Below, in pieces: positions 1 to 6,883 of a stretch of DNA of 10,498 nucleotides. The position numbers were made by a program, and so were the translations under genes. This DNA is from a virus (taxonomy: Duplodnaviria > Heunggongvirae > Uroviricota > Caudoviricetes): the IMG/VR virus record IMGVR_UViG_3300001567_000141. One strand, given 5' to 3'. The notes beneath the pieces are model-generated. The model searched no databases and was not told where the DNA came from. It was given only the letters and a program-made list of their open reading frames with translations. Position 1 is the first letter of the stretch, and every line of letters starts with the position of its first letter.

Positions 1-288
1 CGGGTTTGAGATTGTGGTGCTTTTTGTGGGAGTCATCCACTTACGCACTTTGTTTTGCCATGCCAGCAGTTAGCTTCTGCTGTAAAACTATTCATGCAGC
101 AAACCTGCACTTCACCACAATGGTTAGCATACTTTTCCTGATTAAGATTTTGCCAAATATGCTAGCCATTGTTTCATGTATTGGACCTCCTTACTTTTTA
201 TTAAAGAGATCCAATATTCACTACTCTGTCCGTATCTCTACTCAGGCATCAGCCTTCTTCGTTATCGTATACAGACGAGCGATGAATT

Positions 289-504
289 TTAATCAGTAAT
301 GATGACATTTGCTGCTGCAGGACCTTTAGCACCACTCTCTATAGAGAAGGTAACCTTTTGACCTTCAAATAAGGTTCGATAATTATCATTCTGAATCGCA
401 GAAAAATGCACAAACACATCTTTACTACCATCAACAGGAGAAATAAAGCCGAAACCTTTATCAGCGTTAAACCATTTTACTAAACCAGTCATTTTATTTG
501 ACAT
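289..504 (-). CDS. cspB: Cold-shock protein, CspA family (71 aa)
   Basis: ORF 289..504; ATG at 502-504 with AAGGA 7 nt upstream on - strand; cold-shock domain motifs KGFGFI and VFVHF; cspA-family upstream box GCCGAAAGGC (+ coords 524..533) just 5' of the SD. Confidence 0.9.
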   Translation of the reverse strand: MSNKMTGLVKWFNADKGFGFISPVDGSKDVFVHFSAIQNDNYRTLFEGQKVTFSIESGAKGPAAANVIITD

Positions 505-700
505 TCTACATTCCTTAACTTGAGCCTTTCGGCATAAATGGTTTGCATAACAGAAACGACTTCGTACTTAATTGGAGAGACTCAAAGAAGGAATAAGTGA
601 ATAACACCTGAAATGAGAACTGCTTTAGTAAACTACTTCGTATATCGTCTGTTCTTCAAACCGACGCAATCATTAACGCATAGTTGAACATATGAAGCAA
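505..700 (-). promoter_or_regulatory. cspB 5' leader / promoter region
   Basis: Conserved GCCGAAAGGCTCA box next to the SD is seen; the extent of the leader and promoter position are inferred from cspA-family genes having long 5' UTRs, no clear -35/-10 was assigned. Confidence 0.35.
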
Positions 701-804
701 TGTTTATTTTAGACATCCAGCCATCTTCAACCCCATCAAAAAACTATAGCTTTCTTCAGGAACGTGTGTATAGTGCGCCAAGTTATCAGTATTAAGGAAT
801 TTTT

Positions 805-1017
805 TTGTCCCGTAAAATGACAGGAATTGTCAAAACCTTTGACGGCAAAAGCGGCAAGGGTCTTATCACCCCATCCGATGGTCGTATCGATGTCCAGCTT
901 CATGTTTCAGCGCTCAATCTCCGCGATGCAGAAGAAATTACCACCGGATTACGCGTGGAATTTTGCCGGATAAATGGTCTGCGTGGCCCTTCAGCTGCCA
1001 ATGTTTACCTTTCATGA
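805..1017 (+). CDS. cspF: Cold-shock protein homolog (70 aa), divergent from cspB
   Basis: ORF 805..1017; TTG start at 805-807 with AAGGA 6 nt upstream (the in-frame ATG at 817 has no SD); product [23 protein letters not shown]... is a CspA-family paralog with degenerate RNP motifs. Confidence 0.8.
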
Positions 1018-1308
1018 GCTATATTAAAGCTTTAATTTCAGGCCCCATCGGATCACACATGGAGAGTTTTTATGAATAACCCCGTCTGTCTTGATGACTG
1101 GTTGATTGGCTTTAAAAGCTTATGCTGTACTTTGGCCGTAATAGCTCTGCTAATAATATAATAAGCAGACTCATTGTGTTTAGGGACATTGTACTGGAAG
1201 AAAACATTTTAAACATCAGGCAAATAACCAAGTCACCAGCTAAATAATAAGTTAACAGACATGAGTCCCGGGATGAGATTCAACATTACCATTGCCCCAT
1301 TTAAAGCA

Positions 1309-1346
1309 CAAAACCCGCTCATCAGCGGGTTTTCTACTTTTTCTTA
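1309..1346. terminator. Intrinsic terminator hairpin between cspF and quuQ
   Basis: AAACCCGC-TCATCA-GCGGGTTT hairpin (1311..1332) followed on + strand by TTTCTACTTTTTCTT; the hairpin is symmetric with a weaker T tract on the - strand, so it may also serve as a tR'-like site for leftward late transcription. Confidence 0.55.
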
Positions 1347-1378
1347 ACGTCGGGTATACAAAGCCCATCGTTGAAAAA

Positions 1379-1407
1379 ATTTTATCCATATTTTTTGAAA
1401 AATGCAA
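1379..1407 (-). promoter_or_regulatory. Candidate Q-dependent late promoter (pR'-like)
   Basis: On - strand TTTGCA-N18-TAAAAT (+ coords 1379..1407) directly downstream of the quuQ stop; position matches the lambdoid pR'/qut arrangement; weak consensus match, inference only. Confidence 0.3.
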
Positions 1408-1438
1408 ACATCATGTCGCCATCTTCAGCAAAAATCAT

Positions 1439-2191
1439 TTATCTCGTCACCTTCCTCAATTGCGCTTCCGCGTATGCTTCTTCCTGCCAGCACTTTGTTA
1501 CCAGTTTACCAATGACGTCCGCATACCCCTTATACCACTGATAATCGGTCAGGTCTGGTACCAGCTTCTGGACATGACGTCGTGCCAGCGTGGTCGGTAA
1601 ACGACTAAACCGGTTTCCATTACAACGCCCACAAATCTTATATACCGGTACGCCATGAAACCGGGTTCTTTTTTCATCCAGAACAATCCCTTTACCCTTA
1701 CACCCTCTGCACGCTGTGCTGGCTTCGCCCTTACCATGGCAATGCTGACATAGTTCCTTCACCCATTCTTCCTTGATTACAGATTCCCCGCGTCTGTAGT
1801 GTTTCACCACTTCGCGCAATACATTATAAAATCCCGTACCTGAACAATGCTCACAGCGAGCCTTACTTGCCGCAGACCTGGAGTAATCAGCAAAGGCAAA
1901 ACTCACGAGGTAAGGAATAATCTGTAACCGGATTTCTTCACTCAATTTGTTCAATGTCGGGTTATCCAGTGCCATCGCGTAATTTAGCAGGCCTTCAATC
2001 GCAAACTGAGGGTCCTGAACACCAACTTTTGCCAGAAATAAGGCCAACCCAAGTGGTGCTTTCGACTGCACCATCCCCTGCGCTGCCATTACATCCGTAA
2101 TTGTTAAACAACCGGTGCCTGTCGCTGGAGCGTCATCGCTCAATTTTGGAGATTTTGGGGAGTAATATTTTGGTAAGGCTTCAAGGTTCAT
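1439..2191 (-). CDS. quuQ: Q-family late-gene antiterminator (250 aa)
   Basis: Track ORF 1439..2221 starts at TTG; the in-frame ATG at 2189-2191 (MNLEALPKYY...) with GTGGAG upstream gives 250 aa; several CxxC pairs (CEHCSGTG, CQHCHGKG, CRGCKGKG, CGRCNG) typical of phage-82-type Q zinc fingers. Confidence 0.85.
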   Translation of the reverse strand: MNLEALPKYYSPKSPKLSDDAPATGTGCLTITDVMAAQGMVQSKAPLGLALFLAKVGVQDPQFAIEGLLNYAMALDNPTLNKLSEEIRLQIIPYLVSFAFADYSRSAASKARCEHCSGTGFYNVLREVVKHYRRGESVIKEEWVKELCQHCHGKGEASTACRGCKGKGIVLDEKRTRFHGVPVYKICGRCNGNRFSRLPTTLARRHVQKLVPDLTDYQWYKGYADVIGKLVTKCWQEEAYAEAQLRKVTR

Positions 2192-2204
2192 GCTCGTTCT
2201 CCAC

Positions 2205-3254
2205 TTACGCCAGTACGCCAATTGCCAGCGCGCGATCGATAAAACGAAATATCAGCTCCAGTTGGGAGCCATACTTATCTTCAAATGCCACTGTATCCGT
2301 ATGCAGCTCGTTGTGATGCTTTCTGCACAAAGGCAACACAAAGAGATCATGTGCTTTTGTTCCCATTCCGCCCTGCCCGTGACCAATCAGATGATGCGGA
2401 TCGTCGGCTGGCATACCGCAGCAAGCACACGGCTGTGTCTTAACCCAACGTGTGTATTTCTCCTTAACCCAGCGGCGACGTTTAGGCAGCTTCATGAAAG
2501 ATTCCGGAGACTCTGGATCAACGGTGATGCTTACCACCGTCTTTTCCTGTGGTGATTTTTGTTGCTGGTGGGCGTAAGGCAACGGTGCAAGATTTTTTGT
2601 GCGTTGTTTCAATATGCTGGTGGCGGTCTGCTCTCCCGGTACGATGTCGCTTTCGCGGTACACCGAGCAGATTTTTTCCGCTGGTAATCCCAGCGAACGA
2701 CGCGATACAGCCTCAGGTAGTGCATCCACCACCTGATTGCAGACCGCCCACCAGGATAATTCAGCCAAAGATAATTCCCGCTCCTGCGTACCGCTTATTG
2801 CGTGACGGATGACGTCAATCACCCATGCTGTCAGATTTTGTTGAGCAAGCAGCTCCAGTGATTCCGATGTCTGGTCACGCAGTTGGTTGTCGCAGTGCCA
2901 GCACAACACCATTGCGCCGGTACCATAACGGTGAATGACTGTTTCAGTGTGATGGTAATCGCCATTAGGCCACTGGCAGGATGTAACATGACGTAATAGC
3001 CAGTCGGACAATGCGCCAACGCCGCCAGCAGCACGAATCACCCGTTCGTTACTAAAAAACGGCAGCAATGTTTTGTCTTCCGCCAGCGGCTGGCGAACGG
3101 CAGGAACGACTCCGGATGGCAGATTACGCATGCTTTTTGGTTCCGGTTCCACCAGCACTCGAGGATTATGAAATATCTGTATGGATTCACGGCCCGGCTT
3201 AAGGACCACCAGCCCAAGCTCAGGCACCAGAACAGGTCTAAGTAATACCCGCAC
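2205..3254 (-). CDS. ydfU: Qin prophage protein YdfU (349 aa from GTG), two HNH-like motifs
   Basis: Track ORF 2205..3293 begins at GTG 3293; the in-frame GTG at 3252-3254 has GGAGG 4 nt upstream and sits 1 nt after the stop of the upstream ORF; stop TAA 2205-2207 lies 14 nt before the quuQ ATG. Motifs DYHH...GTG...LCWHCDN and DDPHH...GQGG...LCRKHHNELH seen in the translation. Exact start uncertain (alternatives GTG 3293, ATG 3131). Confidence 0.8.
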   Translation of the reverse strand: MRVLLRPVLVPELGLVVLKPGRESIQIFHNPRVLVEPEPKSMRNLPSGVVPAVRQPLAEDKTLLPFFSNERVIRAAGGVGALSDWLLRHVTSCQWPNGDYHHTETVIHRYGTGAMVLCWHCDNQLRDQTSESLELLAQQNLTAWVIDVIRHAISGTQERELSLAELSWWAVCNQVVDALPEAVSRRSLGLPAEKICSVYRESDIVPGEQTATSILKQRTKNLAPLPYAHQQQKSPQEKTVVSITVDPESPESFMKLPKRRRWVKEKYTRWVKTQPCACCGMPADDPHHLIGHGQGGMGTKAHDLFVLPLCRKHHNELHTDTVAFEDKYGSQLELIFRFIDRALAIGVLA

Positions 3255-3255
3255 G

Positions 3256-3534
3256 TTACCTCCAGATCCGTTGCTGGAAAGTGCGGGACGCACGTGGTGG
3301 GCGTTCGGAATAAGGCAGCCTGACAGAGATTATCCAGTGCCGATAGTCGAGACTGAGAGCTTTCTTAACCTCGAACCCGCGCCTGCGGTAAGAATGAATC
3401 AGCCATTCGGCCTGTTCTGCAGTGCATGGAGGGTGCTGGAACCATTCAGACTTGAATGCGTGAGAATACCGCCCGTGCGTGCAGGCAAGAACGGGCGAAT
3501 TATCAGAATTGTAATATTTTGCGTTGCGTGCCAT
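3256..3534 (-). CDS. Hypothetical 92-aa protein with a Cys/His-containing N-terminus
   Basis: ORF 3256..3534; ATG at 3532-3534 preceded by GGAG about 8 nt upstream; product MARNAKYYNSDNSPVLACTHGRYSHAFKSEWFQHPPCTAEQ...; stop abuts the ydfU GTG start. Name not recognised; may correspond to a shorter small-protein annotation. Confidence 0.5.
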   Translation of the reverse strand: MARNAKYYNSDNSPVLACTHGRYSHAFKSEWFQHPPCTAEQAEWLIHSYRRRGFEVKKALSLDYRHWIISVRLPYSERPPRASRTFQQRIWR

Positions 3535-3600
3535 CGGTTTTCTCCGGTGGCACGGTGTTACTCAGCGGGAGTTCAGCCCCGCGCAAGATTGTAGATGAGT

Positions 3601-3852
3601 TTATTCTCCTGAAAAAGCAGAAAAGCCAGCTTTTATTCCGATCTCTTTCAATGCCTGTAATGAAGTGACAAACTCACCTTCGCGCAAGATAAATCCGTCC
3701 GTGACCCGAGCATCCACAAAATTAATTAACGCAGCCCCATTCTTTCGCAAACACATAATGCGGTAATGACTAACAAGATTTCCATTTTCAACGCACACAG
3801 CATAGAGGCCATCTTCACAAAAAATTTTACGCAGTTCTTCGATGTTCATCAT
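3601..3852 (-). CDS. rem: Qin prophage protein Rem (83 aa), function unknown
   Basis: ORF 3601..3852; tandem ATG ATG start with GGAAGGA about 5 nt upstream; length and position between ydfU and hokD match rem. Confidence 0.8.
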   Translation of the reverse strand: MMNIEELRKIFCEDGLYAVCVENGNLVSHYRIMCLRKNGAALINFVDARVTDGFILREGEFVTSLQALKEIGIKAGFSAFSGE

Positions 3853-3930
3853 CAGAATCCTTCCGGATAATTAGCTCTCCCCTTTAAGGGACCATCCCTC
3901 TTATCCCTGCGCGCTACTTAAGTATTTTTG

Positions 3931-3960
3931 ATTCTATTCCGGCACCGTCCAGAACTTCAA
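3931..3960 (-). promoter_or_regulatory. Candidate sigma70 promoter for rem
   Basis: On - strand TTGAAG (+ coords 3955..3960) -N18- TAGAAT (3931..3936), immediately downstream of the relBE-hokD terminator and about 80 nt upstream of the rem ATG. Confidence 0.4.
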
Positions 3961-3964
3961 ACGC

Positions 3965-4000
3965 GTTGAAAATAAAAACAAAAACCCGCCGAAGCGGGTT
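3965..4000 (-). terminator. Intrinsic terminator of the relB-relE-hokD transcript
   Basis: Hairpin AACCCGC-TTCG-GCGGGTT (+ coords 3983..4000) followed on - strand by TTTTTGTTTTTATTTT; no T tract on the + side, so unidirectional. Confidence 0.65.
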
Positions 4001-4068
4001 AAGTGCGGGTGCGTTGAGGATGCCTGCCACATCAGAGGTGGCGAGGGATTTCTCCCCCGCCGGGTCTC

Positions 4069-4224
4069 TTACTCCTCAGGTTCGTAAGCTGTGAAGACAG
4101 CGACCTCCGTCTGGCCGGTTCGGATTCGTACCTCGCAGAGGTCTTTCCTCGTTACCAGTGCCGTCACTATGACGGTTAAACAGATGACGATCAGGGCGAT
4201 TAACATCGCCTTTTGCTGCTTCAT
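4069..4224 (-). CDS. hokD: Hok-family small membrane toxin (51 aa)
   Basis: Not in ORF track; manual translation from ATG 4222-4224 gives MKQQKAML...FTAYEPEE, stop TAA at 4069-4071; AGGAG 9 nt upstream. Confidence 0.9.
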   Translation of the reverse strand: MKQQKAMLIALIVICLTVIVTALVTRKDLCEVRIRTGQTEVAVFTAYEPEE

Positions 4225-4295
4225 AGCCTGCTTCTCCTGTCAACGCAAAGCAGAAGTGTCACCTTCGGTGCGAAACAGAGATGTCATGCTTTGGT

Positions 4296-4583
4296 TCAGA
4301 GAATGCGTTTGACCGCCTCGCTATATACTTCCGAGCGTTCTCTTTTCCCAACAGAAATCACGAAAACGACAACTTTCTCGTCTATAACCTGGTATACAAG
4401 GCGATAGCCTGAAGACCGGAGCTTAATCTTGTAACAATCAGGCATACCACGGAGCTTGTTTGCTTCAATCCGGGGTGACTCAAGTACTTCAACCAGCTTC
4501 TTTTTCAACTGTTCACGTACCGTCGAGCCCAGCTTTCGCCATTCCTTTAGTGCCCGCTCGTCAAAATCCAGAAAATACGCCAT
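4296..4583 (-). CDS. relE: Type II toxin RelE, ribosome-dependent mRNA endonuclease (95 aa)
   Basis: ORF 4296..4583; product MAYFLDFDERALKEWRKLGSTVREQLKKKL... recognised as RelE; ATG overlaps the relB stop as ATGA. Confidence 0.95.
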   Translation of the reverse strand: MAYFLDFDERALKEWRKLGSTVREQLKKKLVEVLESPRIEANKLRGMPDCYKIKLRSSGYRLVYQVIDEKVVVFVISVGKRERSEVYSEAVKRIL

Positions 4584-4822
4584 CAGAGTTCATCCAGCGT
4601 CACACGTACTGGCTTAGGATTACGAAGCCGTTCTTTCACTATCTCCACAAGTTCAGCATCTTCATCACTCAGGAGTGTCTGTTTGAACGGCAAGCGTTCA
4701 TTGTCAGCGATATACTCGAGCATGAGACGAAGCGCTTCAGAAGGAGTTACACCCATTTTTTCAAGCGCGGCGTAAGAACGCGCTTTAAGTTCATCGTCAA
4801 TACGCAGGTTAATGCTACCCAT
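4583..4822 (-). CDS. relB: Type II antitoxin RelB (79 aa)
   Basis: ORF 4583..4822; product MGSINLRIDDELKARSYAALEKMGV... recognised as RelB; ATG at 4820-4822 with GAGGTG upstream. Confidence 0.95.
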   Translation of the reverse strand: MGSINLRIDDELKARSYAALEKMGVTPSEALRLMLEYIADNERLPFKQTLLSDEDAELVEIVKERLRNPKPVRVTLDEL

Positions 4823-4833
4823 GTCTTACACCT

Positions 4834-4886
4834 CTTGTAATTACAAATGTCATTACAAGTATCGCACTACAACATGCTTAGGGCAA
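4834..4886 (-). promoter_or_regulatory. relBE promoter and relO operator
   Basis: Inverted hexad repeats CTTGTAATTACAAATGTCATTACAAG (4834..4859) overlap a - strand promoter TTGCCC (4881..4886) -N17- GATACT (4858..4863). Confidence 0.7.
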
Positions 4887-5152
4887 GTCACGAAGGAAGT
4901 CAGAAAGTAGTCGTAAGAACGGTGATCACTGTCCGCTTTGTGCCAGGAGCAGCCATTGCTAAGTCCATCCTGTATTGTGCAGGTCAGCTCGTTTTTAAAG
5001 AGTCCGGCCATCATCTTACTGGTACAGACACCATATACTTTGTGACGGTCAGGCTACATATGCACAACTCAACTTATTCATCTATTTTTTGCTTTAGCAT
5101 GTCAGTGTTGCTTTCTCGTCGGCGGGTGAGCGGTGACCTGACCTGTCGATAA
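4847..5152 (+). CDS. ydfV: Hypothetical protein YdfV (101 aa), doubtful
   Basis: ORF 4847..5152; ATG lies inside the relO operator, no SD, Cys/Ser/hydrophobic-rich product; carried as a named ORF but expression is questionable. Confidence 0.35.
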   Translation: MSLQVSHYNMLRASHEGSQKVVVRTVITVRFVPGAAIAKSILYCAGQLVFKESGHHLTGTDTIYFVTVRLHMHNSTYSSIFCFSMSVLLSRRRVSGDLTCR

Positions 5153-5304
5153 AGGAACGTAACACGTTTTATGCAACACCCGCATGCGGCAGAAAATTAT
5201 TGCCGAACGTTTACCCCTGTCAACAAGCTTTACTTTCTGAGGCGCGCCAGCCCGCGAGGAAAACAATCTGAACATCAAACAATTAATGACACAAGAAATA
5301 CGAT

Positions 5305-5331
5305 TAAAGATTTTTTTGTGCATGCCGATAG
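5305..5331 (+). promoter_or_regulatory. Sigma28 (FliA) class promoter of flxA
   Basis: TAAA (5305..5308) -N15- GCCGATAG (5324..5331), matching the flagellar sigma28 consensus TAAA-N15-GCCGATAA; followed by AAAAGGAG SD and the flxA ATG. Confidence 0.7.
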
Positions 5332-5354
5332 TGCTTTTTTAAAAGGAGAAATCT

Positions 5355-5687
5355 ATGTCTGTCACAATTCAGGGAAATACCTCAACCGTTATTTCAAACA
5401 ACTCCGCCCCGGAAGGAACATCAGAAATAGCCAAAATCACAAGACAAATTCAGGTGCTGACTGAAAAGCTTGGGAAAATCTCATCGGAAGAGGGGATGAC
5501 GACACAGCAGAAAAAAGAAATGGCTGCATTGGTACAGAAGCAAATTGAAAGCCTCTGGGCTCAACTGGAGCAGTTGTTAAGGCAGCAGGCAGAGAAAAAG
5601 AATGAAGACGCGACAGTTCAGCCTGATAAAAAAGAAGAGAAAAAAGACGATACAAATACCGCTGGCACCATTGATATTTACGTCTAA
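5355..5687 (+). CDS. flxA: FliA-regulated protein FlxA (110 aa)
   Basis: ORF 5355..5687; ATG with AAGGAG upstream; Q/E/K-rich coiled-coil-like product MSVTIQGNTSTVISNNSAPEGTSE... Confidence 0.9.
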   Translation: MSVTIQGNTSTVISNNSAPEGTSEIAKITRQIQVLTEKLGKISSEEGMTTQQKKEMAALVQKQIESLWAQLEQLLRQQAEKKNEDATVQPDKKEEKKDDTNTAGTIDIYV

Positions 5688-5701
5688 GTGACAGCCGTAT
5701 T

Positions 5702-5728
5702 GTGGCCCTCATCGGGCCACTTTTCGCC
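5702..5728 (+). terminator. Intrinsic terminator of flxA
   Basis: GTGGCCC-TCATC-GGGCCAC hairpin (5702..5720) followed by TTTTCGCC. Confidence 0.7.
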
Positions 5729-6071
5729 ATCAGCCTTTTCTTTAAAGACATATTATCTTTGTATCATTTCTGATAGTTAACATTACAAGATATAAGTAAT
5801 GGACGCACTCCCAATTAGTCTATTTAAATCGCCACGAGTTTAACTGACAACCCATGATCAATTATGAATTGCAACTATTTCTGTAGTCACTTTTGTGGGG
5901 ACAGTCCACAAAACTGCCAACTTCCGCTTCTTGCTCTTAGCGGACATTAGCATAGGCTATTTACCATAACGCCTCATTACGCGCACCGCCCAGACTGACT
6001 CAGCGCGTTTCTGGCATATCCCCGGTAAAACAAGTAACAAACCACCCGAAAATGAACACCAGAAACGCGAC

Positions 6072-6299
6072 TTAAGAATCTACCCTATGAATGGATATGC
6101 ACTCAACCGAATCGATCTTGGTTTCAATCTTTTTTATCGGGATCAGGCTTCTTTTTAGGTAACTTCGGGGGCTTAACTTGCTGATGACTTTGCGTTCGGC
6201 GCGTAAGCCAGGGATGGTCAGCTTTAGGTTTAACATAGTATTTTGAGCGTAAATCAATACGGGCATTATCCACTCGTTCATGGACACTCTTTTCATCAT
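6072..6299 (-). CDS. Hypothetical 75-aa ORF overlapping the intK remnant in another frame
   Basis: ORF 6072..6299; tandem ATG ATG start overlaps the ydfX stop (ATGATGA); no similarity recognised. Confidence 0.3.
   Translation of the reverse strand: MMKRVSMNEWIMPVLIYAQNTMLNLKLTIPGLRAERKVISKLSPRSYLKRSLIPIKKIETKIDSVECISIHRVDS
6124..6273 (-). pseudogene. intK: Putative integrase remnant (49 codons, GTG start)
   Basis: Open 49-codon frame on - strand from GTG 6271-6273 to TGA 6124-6126, placed by synteny between flxA and ydfX; the translation shows no recognisable integrase motif, so identity rests on remembered gene order. Confidence 0.35.
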
Positions 6300-6586
6300 C
6301 CAGTGGTAGCCTCCATAATTGCAGGCACTAGCGCCGTGAACTTTTCACGCTTATCCCTGGTGTCGATAGCCTTCCAGCGTTCAAATATCTTCACTCGATT
6401 AACGCCAAGCGCTCGCTGATCAATCGCGCCACCTTCATATGTGACACGCTGAACATCGATGTTCGGGCGCTCTTTCAAAGCCCAGAATGCTTCAGTGATT
6501 AATATCGTCGCCTGCTCCTGTGTCATTCCTGGTCGACATATCCAGGCATCCAGAGCCTCACGAGCCTGTTCAGGAGTGATTTTCAT
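6296..6586 (-). CDS. ydfX: Hypothetical protein YdfX (96 aa)
   Basis: ORF 6296..6586; ATG at 6584-6586 lies inside the 3' end of dicC (17-nt overlap, different frame); weak SD. Confidence 0.65.
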   Translation of the reverse strand: MKITPEQAREALDAWICRPGMTQEQATILITEAFWALKERPNIDVQRVTYEGGAIDQRALGVNRVKIFERWKAIDTRDKREKFTALVPAIMEATTG

Positions 6587-6800
6587 TGTTCAACCGCCCC
6601 GCCCGCTTCGTCTTACGATATTCATCATAAACTTTGGGATCATACTGAAGCTCCCCGCCAGATGCCTCCTGTAGACGCATCGCGCGACCTTCGGGAACTA
6701 AATCCCCTTTCCAGCTATAAAGCGAAGCCAAACGAATACCTGCTGCTTGTGCAAGTTTTGTTTTTGAACCGAAATACAAAAGAGCGTCAGTTTTAAGCAT
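6570..6800 (-). CDS. dicC: Cro-like repressor DicC (76 aa)
   Basis: ORF 6570..6800; ATG at 6798-6800 with AAGGTG 6 nt upstream; divergent from dicA across an 83-bp operator region. Confidence 0.85.
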   Translation of the reverse strand: MLKTDALLYFGSKTKLAQAAGIRLASLYSWKGDLVPEGRAMRLQEASGGELQYDPKVYDEYRKTKRAGRLNNENHS

Positions 6801-6814
6801 TTAAAACACCTTTA

Positions 6815-6881
6815 TTGTTAGTCATAACTAACAAGATAGATGTTAACAAAAACATAGTCAATACGATTTAGCATTAGCTAA
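6815..6881. promoter_or_regulatory. dicA/dicC divergent promoter-operator region with two palindromic operators
   Basis: Perfect palindromes TTGTTAGT-CATA-ACTAACAA (6815..6834) and TTAGC-ATTA-GCTAA (6868..6881), both of form TTAG(Y)-N4-(R)CTAA. Confidence 0.6.
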
Positions 6882-6883
6882 CT

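Noticed and set aside
142-193. Strong SD (TAAGGAGGT on - strand) followed by an 11-codon ORF MKQWLAYLAKS downstream of cspB
   Set aside because: Too short to call and no recognisable context; possibly a relic initiation region
6-299. 97-aa + strand ORF at the left edge
   Set aside because: TTG start without SD, hydrophobic low-complexity product, overlaps the 3' end of cspB on the opposite strand; treated as chance
1023-1034. 12-bp palindrome TTAAAGCTTTAA just after the cspF stop
   Set aside because: AT-only stem too weak for an intrinsic terminator; the better terminator is the GC hairpin at 1311..1332
1058-1094. Apparent small ORF after a strong GGAGAG SD downstream of cspF, first read as about 29 aa
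   Set aside because: Careful indexing shows a run of five C (1079..1083); the frame from ATG 1071 is only MNNPRLS before a TGA, and the frame from ATG 1058 is 6 codons
1292-3594. Track ORFs overlapping quuQ/ydfU/the 92-aa ORF in other frames or antisense (1292..1600, 1549..1737, 2101..2316, 2190..2555, 2549..2812, 2831..3034, 3181..3594, 3456..3668)
   Set aside because: All lie inside well-supported genes, lack SD sequences and mostly start at non-ATG codons
4091-4840. + strand ORFs antisense to hokD, relE and relB (4091..4312, 4213..4407, 4460..4840)
   Set aside because: Antisense to recognised toxin/antitoxin genes; any antisense function here would be RNA, not these protein frames
5102-5751. 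ORFs 5102..5323(-), 5171..5464(+), 5437..5751(-)
   Set aside because: They overlap the flxA promoter or are antisense to flxA; no RBS, low-complexity products
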